The notes: generated by a model not told the origin, from the letters alone. A stretch of 64,000 nt of DNA from Parcubacteria group bacterium (GCA_028286605.1 JAQBRE010000002.1:262011-326010), one strand, 5' to 3'; counted from the first letter of the stretch, positions 26,708-36,363 are shown. A program made the numbers and translations.

Positions 26708-27307
26708 ATGCATCTATTCAGTCTTTCGCTTCCGATCATCCTTTCGACATTCGGCATCATATTCATTTCGGAACTTCCCGATAAGACCGCACTCGCTTCG
26801 CTTGTGCTCGCCACGCGATATAAAGCGCATGAAGTGATAACCGGCGCATGGCTCGCGATGCTCGTGCAGACCATAGTTGCCGTTACGGCAGGAGGCTTGC
26901 TCGCGTTCCTTCCTGCACGGCCCGTGCATATCGTGGCGGGAATCGGCTTCTTCATATTTTCGTACTTGGCGTTCACTCGTAAGGAAGAAGTCGACCTCGT
27001 GAAGGAAGAGGATAAGGTGCATGCAGAAACACATCGCCCGGCATGGGTGGCGAGCCTTCTTGTAGTGTTCGCTGCAGAGTGGGGAGATCTTTCCCAGCTT
27101 GCCACCGCAGGTCTCGCCGCACATACGGCATCACCGCTTTCCGTGGGTATCGGTGCTGTGCTCGGGCTGTGGGCAGTTATCGCGATTGCCGCGCTCGTGG
27201 GCGGCCAGCTTAATAAGGTTCTCACTCCAAAGCGCCTTAACATCCTCAGCGGAACGCTCTTCGCGCTCGTTGGCGCGTTCATGTTCTTCTCTGCGTTGAC
27301 AGCGTAA
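26708..27307 (+). CDS. TMEM165/GDT1 (UPF0016) family cation exporter
   Basis: ELPDKT and EWGDLSQ repeats. Confidence 0.9.
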   Translation: MHLFSLSLPIILSTFGIIFISELPDKTALASLVLATRYKAHEVITGAWLAMLVQTIVAVTAGGLLAFLPARPVHIVAGIGFFIFSYLAFTRKEEVDLVKEEDKVHAETHRPAWVASLLVVFAAEWGDLSQLATAGLAAHTASPLSVGIGAVLGLWAVIAIAALVGGQLNKVLTPKRLNILSGTLFALVGAFMFFSALTA

Positions 27308-27330
27308 GTCGGGAGGATTATTATAATCAA

Positions 27331-27410
27331 CGACAACTCCTTCATTCATTTGGCTTAAAATCCAAGCGAGGGTAGAACAGACAACCGGCCGAAAGGCCGG
27401 TTGTCTGTTT
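27331..27410 (+). ncRNA. candidate small RNA
   Basis: TTGACA(27296)-N17-TATTAT(27319) promoter; no ORF; ends in a 15-bp GAAA-loop terminator at 27376-27409. Confidence 0.55.
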
Positions 27411-27416
27411 ATATAA

Positions 27417-27472
27417 ACTCAGGAAAACTTTATTTTCTCTTTAAGACTCCTTGAACACCTATTTCATATACT
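27417..27472 (+). promoter_or_regulatory. 11-bp-period direct-repeat box plus -10 element
   Basis: ACTCA/CTTTA/CTTTA/CTTGA at 27417/27428/27439/27450, then 12 nt, then TATACT. Confidence 0.7.
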
Positions 27473-27480
27473 CAAGCTTC

Positions 27481-27547
27481 GCCGGTGGCTTGGAGCGAGG
27501 AAGGAGTTGTCATTCTACTCTCGAGAGTCCGATTCTCTCCACCGGCT
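27481..27547 (+). ncRNA. tRNA-like RNA or degenerate tRNA (Thr-like)
   Basis: Perfect 7-bp acceptor GCCGGTG/CACCGGC plus T; T-arm GAGAG-TCCGATT-CTCTC; truncated D-arm GCT-TGG-AGC; weak anticodon arm. Confidence 0.6.
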
Positions 27548-27568
27548 TAGTTGGTATACTTCCTGTAC

Positions 27569-28339
27569 ATGGAAATAGATCGTCACAAGAATCAATTCGG
27601 CAATCAGGCAGAGAACTATACGAAATATCGTAGGCCATACGATATAGACGTACATGATCTGTTTTCTTCGCTACTTTCGAAAAGCGCTACAAAGATTCTA
27701 GATATTGCTTGTGGTACAGGGAAGTCTACAGAACCTCTCGTAAAGAATGGGCTTGAAGTCTTCGGAGTCGATATCGACCCATTAATGATTGAAGAGGCAA
27801 AGAAACAGGCAGAACTAAAGAATCTGACGATTCAATACTCGGTTGCAGAAGTTGAGCATCTTCCGTTCGAAGATGACTACTTCGATGCGATAACTGTCGG
27901 AACCGCATTCCATTGGTTTGTTAATAAAACAGCTATGGATGAAATAAAACGCATTCTGAAGAAAGATGGATTGTTCTTTGTATTTTGGACTCTCACAACC
28001 AAAGATGTGCCGGAAGAAGATTCGATCCCGTCTGAGATATTCAAATCATTTAACTGGGAGAAAGTTCCCGTTGAGCTACGAAATCTCGAACACATTTCTG
28101 AGTTTCTAAAACAGAATGAGTTGGAGAATGTTTCCACGGCTCGTTTACCATTCACGCATAACGATACGGTCGAAGACCAGGTCGGCTTGATGAAAACGGC
28201 TTCAAGCTACGAAGTGCTTTCAGAAGAAGATAAAGTCCGCTTCATAGATGCGATTCGAGCTGCTCTCACGAAGAACCTTGGTACTCGCGAGTACTTCACC
28301 TATGAGGAAGAGATACAGGTTTGCTACGGATTCAAATAA
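27569..28339 (+). CDS. class I SAM-dependent methyltransferase
   Basis: ILDIACGTG, VGTAFHWF. Confidence 0.92.
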   Translation: MEIDRHKNQFGNQAENYTKYRRPYDIDVHDLFSSLLSKSATKILDIACGTGKSTEPLVKNGLEVFGVDIDPLMIEEAKKQAELKNLTIQYSVAEVEHLPFEDDYFDAITVGTAFHWFVNKTAMDEIKRILKKDGLFFVFWTLTTKDVPEEDSIPSEIFKSFNWEKVPVELRNLEHISEFLKQNELENVSTARLPFTHNDTVEDQVGLMKTASSYEVLSEEDKVRFIDAIRAALTKNLGTREYFTYEEEIQVCYGFK

Positions 28340-28341
28340 CT

Positions 28342-28794
28342 ATGTTTACTCTACGACAAGCGACACCAGAAGACTTAGATTTTCTATTCAAAGTCTCAAC
28401 AGAAGCGATGAAGCCTGTCGCAGAGATGTCTGAAGCGCTTGAGGAAAAGAGTACGCAAGAACGGCTAGCTGAATATAAAGAAAAGTTCGTTCCTGAAGAA
28501 ATTGAAGTAATTCAGCATTATGGGGAAGATGTTGGAAGGCTCCGTGTCGTTCGGTCTGCTGATTCTATCTATATAGGAGGAATTCAGATCCTCCCTGAGT
28601 TCCAGAACAAAGGAATCGGAACCGCTCTGTTCACTGAACTCATTGAGGAATCAAAGCGGTCGAATCTCCCGATAGTTTTGGAAGTCCATGATGTAAATAC
28701 GCGAGCAATATCCTTCTATAAGAAACTTGGCTTCGAGGAAGGCGAGAAAGTGAAAGACCAGACGGTTATGAGATACCTCCCAAACCAAGCTTGA
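28342..28794 (+). CDS. GNAT N-acetyltransferase
   Basis: PEFQNKGIGTAL, NTRAISFYKKLGF. Confidence 0.9.
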   Translation: MFTLRQATPEDLDFLFKVSTEAMKPVAEMSEALEEKSTQERLAEYKEKFVPEEIEVIQHYGEDVGRLRVVRSADSIYIGGIQILPEFQNKGIGTALFTELIEESKRSNLPIVLEVHDVNTRAISFYKKLGFEEGEKVKDQTVMRYLPNQA

Positions 28795-28815
28795 TTTTGC
28801 TATAGTGTGCGCATC

Positions 28816-29682
28816 ATGACGTACCAAGTGCTGCTTTTCTATAAATATGTGACCGTTGAAGATCCGAAGGCTCTGGCTAATCGGGTACGTGGCCTCGCAA
28901 CTAAGTACGACCTGCTTGGCCGTGCGCTTATCGCCGAAGAAGGAGTAAACGTAACGCTCGAAGGTGAGATCGACGCAACCGAAGCCTTCATTCAGGAATT
29001 CCTTGCAGACCCGCGCTTCGCAGGCATGCCCGTAAAGCGAAGCATCGGAGACGGTGCTGCATTCGGAAAGCTTGCCGTGAAGGTACGCGATCAGATCGTC
29101 GGTACCCGCTTCCCGAAAGAGAAAGCAGACCCGCGCGTGAAGACGGCGCCAGCAATCACCCCGGAAGAATTGAAGCGTTGGTTCGAGGAAGGGGAGGACT
29201 TCACTATCGTAGACATGCGTAACGACTATGAATTCAAGTCAGGGCACTTCAAAGGCTCGGTGAATCCGGAACTCGAGAACTCACGTGATCTTCCTGAAGC
29301 GCTTCCGAAGCTCGCACACCTGAAGAACAAGAAAGTCCTCACAGTATGCACCGGCGGCGTACGCTGCGAATCGATGAGCGCATACCTCATGAGTGAAGGA
29401 TTCGAAGACGTGTATCAGCTCGAGAACGGCATGCACGGCTACATGGAGAAATACCCTGGGCAGGATTTCCTTGGCACCTTATATACGTTCGATCGCCGCA
29501 AGGTCATGGATTTCGGCGGCGATCGTGAAGTGATCGGTCGCTGCATGCGCTGCGACGCACCGAGCGAAACCTACTTCAACTGCGCGAATGACCTCTGCCA
29601 TTTGCACTTCATCGCTTGCGAGAATTGCTCGAGCAGCGAAGGTACGTTCTGTTCGGATGCGTGCGTTCTTGTCGCGGCATAA
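28816..29682 (+). CDS. trhO: rhodanese-domain tRNA uridine(34) hydroxylase TrhO-like protein
   Basis: LLFYKY, DMRNDYE..GHF, CTGGVRCE, Cys-rich C-terminus. Confidence 0.88.
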   Translation: MTYQVLLFYKYVTVEDPKALANRVRGLATKYDLLGRALIAEEGVNVTLEGEIDATEAFIQEFLADPRFAGMPVKRSIGDGAAFGKLAVKVRDQIVGTRFPKEKADPRVKTAPAITPEELKRWFEEGEDFTIVDMRNDYEFKSGHFKGSVNPELENSRDLPEALPKLAHLKNKKVLTVCTGGVRCESMSAYLMSEGFEDVYQLENGMHGYMEKYPGQDFLGTLYTFDRRKVMDFGGDREVIGRCMRCDAPSETYFNCANDLCHLHFIACENCSSSEGTFCSDACVLVAA

Positions 29683-29740
29683 AGATTTCAAAATAAGCGC
29701 AAAGTCCATGATAGGATTTTCTTATAATCCTTGAATAGAC

Positions 29741-30413
29741 ATGAGCTACGACCTTACGATATACAAATCAAAATTAGGGCGCCCGGAAGCTGAAGAGGTC
29801 TTTCAAATGATGGATGCCGAGGAGCAAGCCATAGTACAAGGTACCTATTCAGAAATGGCCACAAGCATTCCGTGCAGCAGCATTCTGGAAAAAATGGAAC
29901 AGGAGTTTCCTATGAGCACTACTATCTCATCAGAAGATAAGATTGATATTAACCTTGCGTATGGCAGTCTGGGAAAAGATGCTGAGCAAATGTTCGTAAG
30001 GCTCAATGGGTATTTAAAACAGATGGCTGAGTGTGGTGGATATTATGTTTTTGATTCTCAGACTGGAGAAGCATTTGATCCGAAAGTAACTGATTTTGGA
30101 GGGACACGAATGTATTCGCACGGCACTAGGGTGCTTCACGACGTAGTACAGGGACACTCTCGATCTATAAAAAGTCGTATATAGGTTTGTACTTGCTGTA
30201 GCTACTATGATTTTACTATTGGCAATAGTATGTTTTGCACTTAGCATCATTTCCTTCATTGCATATAAAAATAATGGCGCTCTATCTTTAGTGCAAATCT
30301 CAGGCAGTCTAGTATTTTTGGGTATCATTGGTATCAGAGTAAGCAAGACCTTTAGGCAAATATTTATGTCCTCCTCACAAGACCTACCCGCAGCACTATT
30401 CTTTCGATCATAA
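29741..30413 (+). pseudogene. hypothetical gene, possibly frameshifted (ORFs 29741-30184 and 30207-30413)
   Basis: Removing one A from the A5 run at 30169-30173 fuses both ORFs into one TM-containing protein. Confidence 0.4.
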
Positions 30414-30464
30414 TTGACCTTCATTCGCATTTCATATATACTTAGCTATGCTAACTATTAGCAT

Positions 30465-30926
30465 ATGGCTGCGAACAAGAAATCCACTAGGGGTGCGAAA
30501 GGAACAGGCTCCGATACGAGCACAGCAGAGATATTCTCGCTGATGTTCGAGATGGGCCGGCTTCTCAAGCACCAAGTTGCGGTAGATGGCTCCGGACCTT
30601 CAACGTACCTGCATCTGGAAACGCTTCGGTATATCCAGGAGGCAGGGAAGCCGGACATGCAGGCGGTCGCAGAATATCTGCGTGTTAAGTCGCCTTCGGC
30701 GACACGCCTGATAGGCGCACTCGTTACGGATGGCCTTCTTGCGCGCGTGCTGGATGCTGATGATCGTCGTCGTGTTCTGCTTACGCTTACGCCGAGCGGA
30801 AAGCGCATGCTGGATGTGGCGACGCAGACGCGCGCGAAAGCCTTCGCTCGTGTCATCGCGCCGCTTTCCGCCAAGGATCGCGCGGAGTTCGCCCGTTTGC
30901 TTACTATTATCACCAGACGCTCGTAG
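30465..30926 (+). CDS. MarR-family regulator
   Basis: PSATRLIGAL...DDRRRVLLTLTPSG. Confidence 0.92.
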   Translation: MAANKKSTRGAKGTGSDTSTAEIFSLMFEMGRLLKHQVAVDGSGPSTYLHLETLRYIQEAGKPDMQAVAEYLRVKSPSATRLIGALVTDGLLARVLDADDRRRVLLTLTPSGKRMLDVATQTRAKAFARVIAPLSAKDRAEFARLLTIITRRS

Positions 30927-30951
30927 TTTTCTTTCCCTTATACTTTCACCT

Positions 30952-32487
30952 ATGCCCGCTTCACTGAAACAACTTTTTAAACACAAGGCCGTCCTTATCG
31001 CTATCGGCGTCGTCGCTGCTATCGCCGTTGCCAGCCTTGCATACTATTTGATCGCTACGCATGTGCCGGGCTTCTCGTACGTGCAGGCGACGAACGGACC
31101 GATACATCAGGACATCGTTGCCACCGGCAGCGTTGAACCGGTGCAGAATCCAGACCTCTCTTTCATTGCAGGCGGTCGCGTGACGATGGTGAACGCAACG
31201 GTGGGGCAGCAGGTTTCGGCAGGAACCGTTATCGCGACGCTCGATACGGGCGTTCTTGGCGCACAGCTTCAAGCAGCGCAGGCAGCGCTCGCTTCCGTTG
31301 CGGCGCCCGCGCGTGCCGTTGACGTTGCAGGCGCGCAGAACACAGTCTCTGTGGCGCAGCAGAATCTTGCGAACAGCTTCACGACGTTTCCGACGACGCT
31401 CCTTTCAACCGTAACGAAGGCGCAGGCTGCCGTGAGCCAGACGGACCTCGTCTTCATGTACCCATCGCTTTCTTCGCCGCAGGTTAACTCTTCCTACGTG
31501 AGTGACTATACGGCACGCACGAATATAAATAATGAGCGCGGCATGCTTAATGGCGAGCTCACGGTATGGGAAAACGAGACGGCATCTATAAATGGCGCAA
31601 CCATTACTACTGCGAATGCTGCAACATATACGCAGGAGGCGATCACGCATCTTTCGCACGTTCGTACCTACCTGAACGATCTCGCGGCAGCGATTCGCGT
31701 GACGCCGGCAACACAGCAGACTACTCAGACGCAGCTCAATGCAGCCCTTACGGCCGCAACCAGCGCGCGCGATAGCATCGATGCGCTTACGCTCTCGCTG
31801 CAGAACACGCAGCAGTCCTTCGCGACCAACCAGCTTGCCGTACAGGCAGCGCAGGATGCGCTGAATCAGAAGAATGCCGGTGCAACGCCACAGGCCATCG
31901 CCGTACAGCAGGCACAGGTTGCTGCAGCTGCTGCGCAGCTGCGCCAGGCTGAAATCATCGCGCCATTCTCGGGCGTGGTCGGAGCCGTAGCCGTGAAGCC
32001 AGGTGACGTAGTTCCTGCGAATACGGTTGCTGTATCGCTCATTCCTTCCGGCAGCTATCAAGTTGAGGCGCAGCTTTCGGAACTCGAGATGTCTAAACTC
32101 GCGACGGGGGATACGGTGGATGTGACGCTCGACGCCTACGGCGCCTCGCGTCCCTTCACCGGAACCGTCGCATCGATAGCGACCGCACCGGTCGCGGTGA
32201 ACAATATCCCTTCGTACAAGGTCGTGGTCGTACTCGATACGAAAGATCCTGCCGTAACAGTAGGCATGCACGCGAACCTCACCATTCATGCGGGAAGCAA
32301 GACGAGCGCGCTGGTGATACCGAAGAGCGCAGTGATTACGAGCGGTAATCAGTCGTTCGTTATCAAGAAGGAAGGAAATGGAAGTGCACGCGTACCGGTA
32401 ACGCTTGGCCTTGAAGGCATCGATACGGTGGAGGTGGTTTCCGGTCTTTCCGCAGGCGACAGCGTCGCGCGCATCGGCGGTCAATAA
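30952..32487 (+). CDS. efflux periplasmic adaptor (MFP) subunit
   Basis: N-terminal TM, lipoyl-like halves, long coiled coil, VEVVSGLSAGD. Confidence 0.88.
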   Translation: MPASLKQLFKHKAVLIAIGVVAAIAVASLAYYLIATHVPGFSYVQATNGPIHQDIVATGSVEPVQNPDLSFIAGGRVTMVNATVGQQVSAGTVIATLDTGVLGAQLQAAQAALASVAAPARAVDVAGAQNTVSVAQQNLANSFTTFPTTLLSTVTKAQAAVSQTDLVFMYPSLSSPQVNSSYVSDYTARTNINNERGMLNGELTVWENETASINGATITTANAATYTQEAITHLSHVRTYLNDLAAAIRVTPATQQTTQTQLNAALTAATSARDSIDALTLSLQNTQQSFATNQLAVQAAQDALNQKNAGATPQAIAVQQAQVAAAAAQLRQAEIIAPFSGVVGAVAVKPGDVVPANTVAVSLIPSGSYQVEAQLSELEMSKLATGDTVDVTLDAYGASRPFTGTVASIATAPVAVNNIPSYKVVVVLDTKDPAVTVGMHANLTIHAGSKTSALVIPKSAVITSGNQSFVIKKEGNGSARVPVTLGLEGIDTVEVVSGLSAGDSVARIGGQ

Positions 32488-32508
32488 TTTTACGAGCATT
32501 ACATCTAT

Positions 32509-33183
32509 ATGGACGAAGATACCCAGAACAATACGCCAGAAGAAGTGAAGGAAGAGGCTGCGAAGCCCGTGGCTTCGCGCGCGCCGCTCATGATAGCTGC
32601 AGCGATCGTGCTTATCGTCGGCGGTGCTATCGGCGCACTCGCATACCTTGGCGTATCGAGTCAGCGCGTCAGCATCGATACCTCGCAGATTCAAGCACCC
32701 GAGATACAGCTCGCACCGACCACGCCGGGTGTACTCAAACAGATGTACGTACAGGCAGGGGATACGATTCCTGCTAACACTGTTGTTGCGCAGGTGGGTA
32801 CGGAACTCATCAAGAGCACTTCAGCTGGGCTTGTCATCAGTACGAGCGATCAGGTCGGCGCTATCGTTTCAGCAGCCTCGCCGGTAGCTACTATGATTGA
32901 TCCGACGGCGCTTCGCGTCGTCGGCCAGATTGACGAGAACAAAGGTCTCTCTCGCGTTGCTGTCGGCGATCGCGCTGAGTTCACGGTCGATGCATTCGGA
33001 AGCCAGAAGTTCGAGGGCGTCGTTGACGAAGTGAGCCCGACCTCGCACGCGGCAGACGTCGTTTTCTCTATCTCAGACAAGCGTCAGGTGCAGACTTTCG
33101 ATGTGAAAGTCGCCTACGATCAGACGCAGTATCCGCAGCTGAAGAACGGCATGAGCGCACGTATCTCGGTGTTCACGAAATAA
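32509..33183 (+). CDS. HlyD/EmrA-like adaptor lacking the long hairpin
   Basis: TM plus barrel-sandwich/beta-barrel, LKNGMSA. Confidence 0.8.
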   Translation: MDEDTQNNTPEEVKEEAAKPVASRAPLMIAAAIVLIVGGAIGALAYLGVSSQRVSIDTSQIQAPEIQLAPTTPGVLKQMYVQAGDTIPANTVVAQVGTELIKSTSAGLVISTSDQVGAIVSAASPVATMIDPTALRVVGQIDENKGLSRVAVGDRAEFTVDAFGSQKFEGVVDEVSPTSHAADVVFSISDKRQVQTFDVKVAYDQTQYPQLKNGMSARISVFTK

Positions 33184-33190
33184 CCCCCTT

Positions 33191-34723
33191 ATGGCAACCG
33201 CTGCAGCATCAACCATACCTGTGGCAGCGAAGAAAGAACGCTCCGCAGATTCACTGAAGTGGCTCATCTTGCTTACAGTGATCATCGGTACGTTCCTGGG
33301 CCGCATGGACCAGACGATCGTGAACCTCGCATTGCCGAAGATCATCAATGACTTCGGCATCAGCGTCTCTGCAGCCGGCTGGATCGGTACCGCGTACATC
33401 CTTGCGAACGCGGTCTTCGTTCCTATCTGGGGAAAGCTCGGCGACACGATAGGCCGCAAGAAGGTGTATATCATCGGTTTCGTCGTATTCATTATCGGTT
33501 CGATACTCGCGGGTCTTTCGTGGAATCTTCCGTCGCTCATAACATTCCGTATCATCCAGGCTATCGCGGGTTCTGCAGACTATCCGACGGCTATGGCCAT
33601 CCTAACCGTTACGTTCCCGGACCAGAAAAGTCGCGGGCAGGCGCTCGGCATATGGAGCAGCGTGTTCGGCGCGAGTGCGGTGCTTGGTCCGCTCATCGGC
33701 GGCCCGCTTATCGATACGTTCGGCTGGCGTTCCGTCTTTCTCATAAATCTTCCTATCGGTATCATCGGTCTTTTCATGGCACTCACGTTCATCAGCGAAT
33801 CGAAGCTGCCAGAGAAAGTCCGTAAGTTCGACTGGTGGGGCGCTATTACGCTTGGCATTACGCTCGGCGCGCTGGTGCTCGTGTTGGATCAAGGTGCGAC
33901 CTGGGGTTGGCTCTCGCTCGCGTCCGTCGCTTCGTACCTCACGGTGCTTGCTGCAGGCGTCATGTTCTATTTCATCGAGAAGTACCATTCAGAACCGATC
34001 GTGGATCTGAAGTTCTTCAGCAATCCTGTGTTCGTGAATACGCTCGCGAATAATTTCGTGGTCTTTATGGCGATGATGGGTTCTATATTCCTCGTGCCGA
34101 TTTTCGCGCAAACGTTTCTTGGGTATAGCGCAACGGAATCAGGCTATCTCTTCATACCGATGGCGGTGGGGCTCATGGCTGCGGCACCATTCGGCGCGAT
34201 GCTGATAGGGCGAGTGAAGCCAGGCATCGTCATCGGTACCTCTACCTTGGTGGCAGCAATCGGTATCGGCTTATTCTCGCTTATTGATGCGCGCTCCACT
34301 GCGTGGGATCTTGCCATTCCGCTTTTCGTTATGGCCGTGGGCATGGGCTTCGGCATGGCGCAGCGCACGAATGCTATCGCCGGCGCCGTGCCGCCTTCTG
34401 AAATCGGTGCCGCCTCGAGCGTGCTCGCGCTCGCCCGCAACATTGCCGGCGCCTTCGGCATCGCGCTGTTCGGCACGCTCCTTAATTGGGCGATTGAACG
34501 CAACATCCTGAAGATCGATTCGCTGAGCCAGGTGTTCACGCACACTCCTGCGGTTATGACCCAGTTCACGGGCCTCATAATACTGAAGGCGCAGATAGAT
34601 GCCTACGCGCTTATTTACGAGCTCGCTGCGGCCCTTCTGTTGGTTGGAGCGCTCGCCGCATTCTTCATTACGGTACCGGATCGCCAGATGACGCACGAAC
34701 AGCGCGCGATGGCTGAGACGTAG
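33191..34723 (+). CDS. DHA2/EmrB-family MFS efflux transporter
   Basis: DQTIVNLALP, GKLGDTIGRK, GPLIGG, WRSVFLINLPIG. Confidence 0.93.
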   Translation: MATAAASTIPVAAKKERSADSLKWLILLTVIIGTFLGRMDQTIVNLALPKIINDFGISVSAAGWIGTAYILANAVFVPIWGKLGDTIGRKKVYIIGFVVFIIGSILAGLSWNLPSLITFRIIQAIAGSADYPTAMAILTVTFPDQKSRGQALGIWSSVFGASAVLGPLIGGPLIDTFGWRSVFLINLPIGIIGLFMALTFISESKLPEKVRKFDWWGAITLGITLGALVLVLDQGATWGWLSLASVASYLTVLAAGVMFYFIEKYHSEPIVDLKFFSNPVFVNTLANNFVVFMAMMGSIFLVPIFAQTFLGYSATESGYLFIPMAVGLMAAAPFGAMLIGRVKPGIVIGTSTLVAAIGIGLFSLIDARSTAWDLAIPLFVMAVGMGFGMAQRTNAIAGAVPPSEIGAASSVLALARNIAGAFGIALFGTLLNWAIERNILKIDSLSQVFTHTPAVMTQFTGLIILKAQIDAYALIYELAAALLLVGALAAFFITVPDRQMTHEQRAMAET

Positions 34724-34819
34724 AAGGGTTCGGGCAGGTGTAAATTGACTTTTATAATTACTGTGCAATTATAGTTAATAGATTATCATCAATTCTCCTG
34801 ATCGGAAGGATCAATAGAA

Positions 34820-35137
34820 ATGGAAATGCTGGAGTTGAAAGACAGTTCCTCAGAACCGAAGCCCATCGTCCTGGCCGTCATGATGTCCACTCAAATGCTC
34901 TGGGAGAGTGGCATCACTGGCATGTGTCATGTCGTTGAACTGGTGAATCGTTGTCACGATTCACACTGCGCCATCGATTCCTCGAGCGAGGAGAGGCTCA
35001 AAGAACTTGAGCTGCTCCAGAAAGATGGAAGCGTTCACTCGAGCGTTCGGGCGATAATGCTCTCGGCCGCCATCGGTAAGGGGGTCCATATGAAGTTCGG
35101 ATCTCCGCTTAAACCCGGCGAGACAGATATCAAGTAA
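34820..35137 (+). CDS. hypothetical protein
   Basis: 105-aa ORF with own promoter-like region, AAGGA RBS and downstream hairpin. Confidence 0.6.
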   Translation: MEMLELKDSSSEPKPIVLAVMMSTQMLWESGITGMCHVVELVNRCHDSHCAIDSSSEERLKELELLQKDGSVHSSVRAIMLSAAIGKGVHMKFGSPLKPGETDIK

Positions 35138-35239
35138 ACAAGGCGCCCCACACAGTAATTGTGAGGGGCGCTGACTGTTTATCTCTGTTCGGAATCGTCT
35201 CAGATAGTCAGCAACACAAGAGGTGTATATTTAAACAAT

Positions 35240-35587
35240 ATGGAAGTGCCAAATATTCGAATAACCCCAGATGTATCCCAAAAATACATTTTAGTCTCAG
35301 TTGCTGGTACTGGAGGAAAGACACTGTTTCTGTGGGGCAACCCGAATGCTGAGTGGCATAAGGATATCGTTGAAGAAATCTCAGAATCAGGTTTAGAAAT
35401 AGTGAGTGTTGATGGTGGGGGTCGAGTATTACTTCAATCGAAGGACAAGATGATTTATTTCTGGGGCAAGAGCGATCGATTTGGAAATGCAGATGCCGGA
35501 ATCATTCAAGGACTCCTTGAAGTGGAGTATCCAGGATACGAGGTATTTGCGGGTCAAGACCCAGAGACGAACGCAATGAAAATATGA
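35240..35587 (+). CDS. Janus/Ocnus (PHPT1-like) phosphohistidine phosphatase homologue
   Basis: KYILV, AEWHKDI, GGGRV, DKMIYFWGKS, YPGYEV co-linear with PHPT1 motifs. Confidence 0.75.
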   Translation: MEVPNIRITPDVSQKYILVSVAGTGGKTLFLWGNPNAEWHKDIVEEISESGLEIVSVDGGGRVLLQSKDKMIYFWGKSDRFGNADAGIIQGLLEVEYPGYEVFAGQDPETNAMKI

Positions 35588-36111
35588 GTCAGCAGACTAA
35601 GAAAATACTTAGAATAGTATTCGCACTGCTTGCTTCTGCATACTTCTTCTACTACGCGCAAAGCACGGGGAGTTGGCACTTCCTCGACAATGTGAACCTC
35701 ATCATTCATGAGGCCGGGCACGTCGTGTTCTCGCCATTCGGCCGGTTCATCTACATCCTGGGCGGCTCGCTATTCCAGACGCTGGTGCCGATCGTCTTCA
35801 GCGTCTATTTTTTCGTATGGCGCCGTGATTATTATTCTGGTTCGCTGCTGTTGTTCTGGGTTGGGCAGAATCTTATAAACGTTTCTGTATACGCTGGTGA
35901 TGCGGTCGTGATGCAGCTTCCGCTCTTGGGCGGCGATTCATCCACGCACGATTGGCATGCGATCCTTTCGACGCTTAATGCGCTGCAGTACACGCATGCG
36001 GTTGCGACTGCGATATATACGACAGGATTCCTAACGATATGCGCAGGTACCGCTCTATCTCTTTACTTCGCTTTCTATACAACGCCAGAACGAATACACG
36101 CACGATTCTAA
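35584..36111 (+). CDS. membrane protein with HExxH motif (M50-like)
   Basis: IIHEAGH, HDWHAIL. Confidence 0.75.
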   Translation: MSQQTKKILRIVFALLASAYFFYYAQSTGSWHFLDNVNLIIHEAGHVVFSPFGRFIYILGGSLFQTLVPIVFSVYFFVWRRDYYSGSLLLFWVGQNLINVSVYAGDAVVMQLPLLGGDSSTHDWHAILSTLNALQYTHAVATAIYTTGFLTICAGTALSLYFAFYTTPERIHARF

Positions 36112-36114
36112 ACT

Positions 36115-36363
36115 ATGGCGCAGTATTACGTATACATTCTTGAATGCGCAGACGGCACCTTATACGTGGGAAGCACGAATGATATTCAGAAACGCTTACG
36201 GGCCCATAACGGGGAACTGCCAGGCGGGGCGCGGTACACAAGCGGTCGCCGGCCAGTGACGCTCCGCTATAGCGAAGCGTGTACAGATCGGAGTGCCGCA
36301 CTAAAGCGCGAGCATGTAGTTAAGAATTTAAGTAGAAGCGAAAAGTTAAAGATACATAATTGA
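36115..36363 (+). CDS. GIY-YIG nuclease (UPF0213-like)
   Basis: YVYILECADGTLYVGST...HN..GARYT. Confidence 0.92.
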   Translation: MAQYYVYILECADGTLYVGSTNDIQKRLRAHNGELPGGARYTSGRRPVTLRYSEACTDRSAALKREHVVKNLSRSEKLKIHN

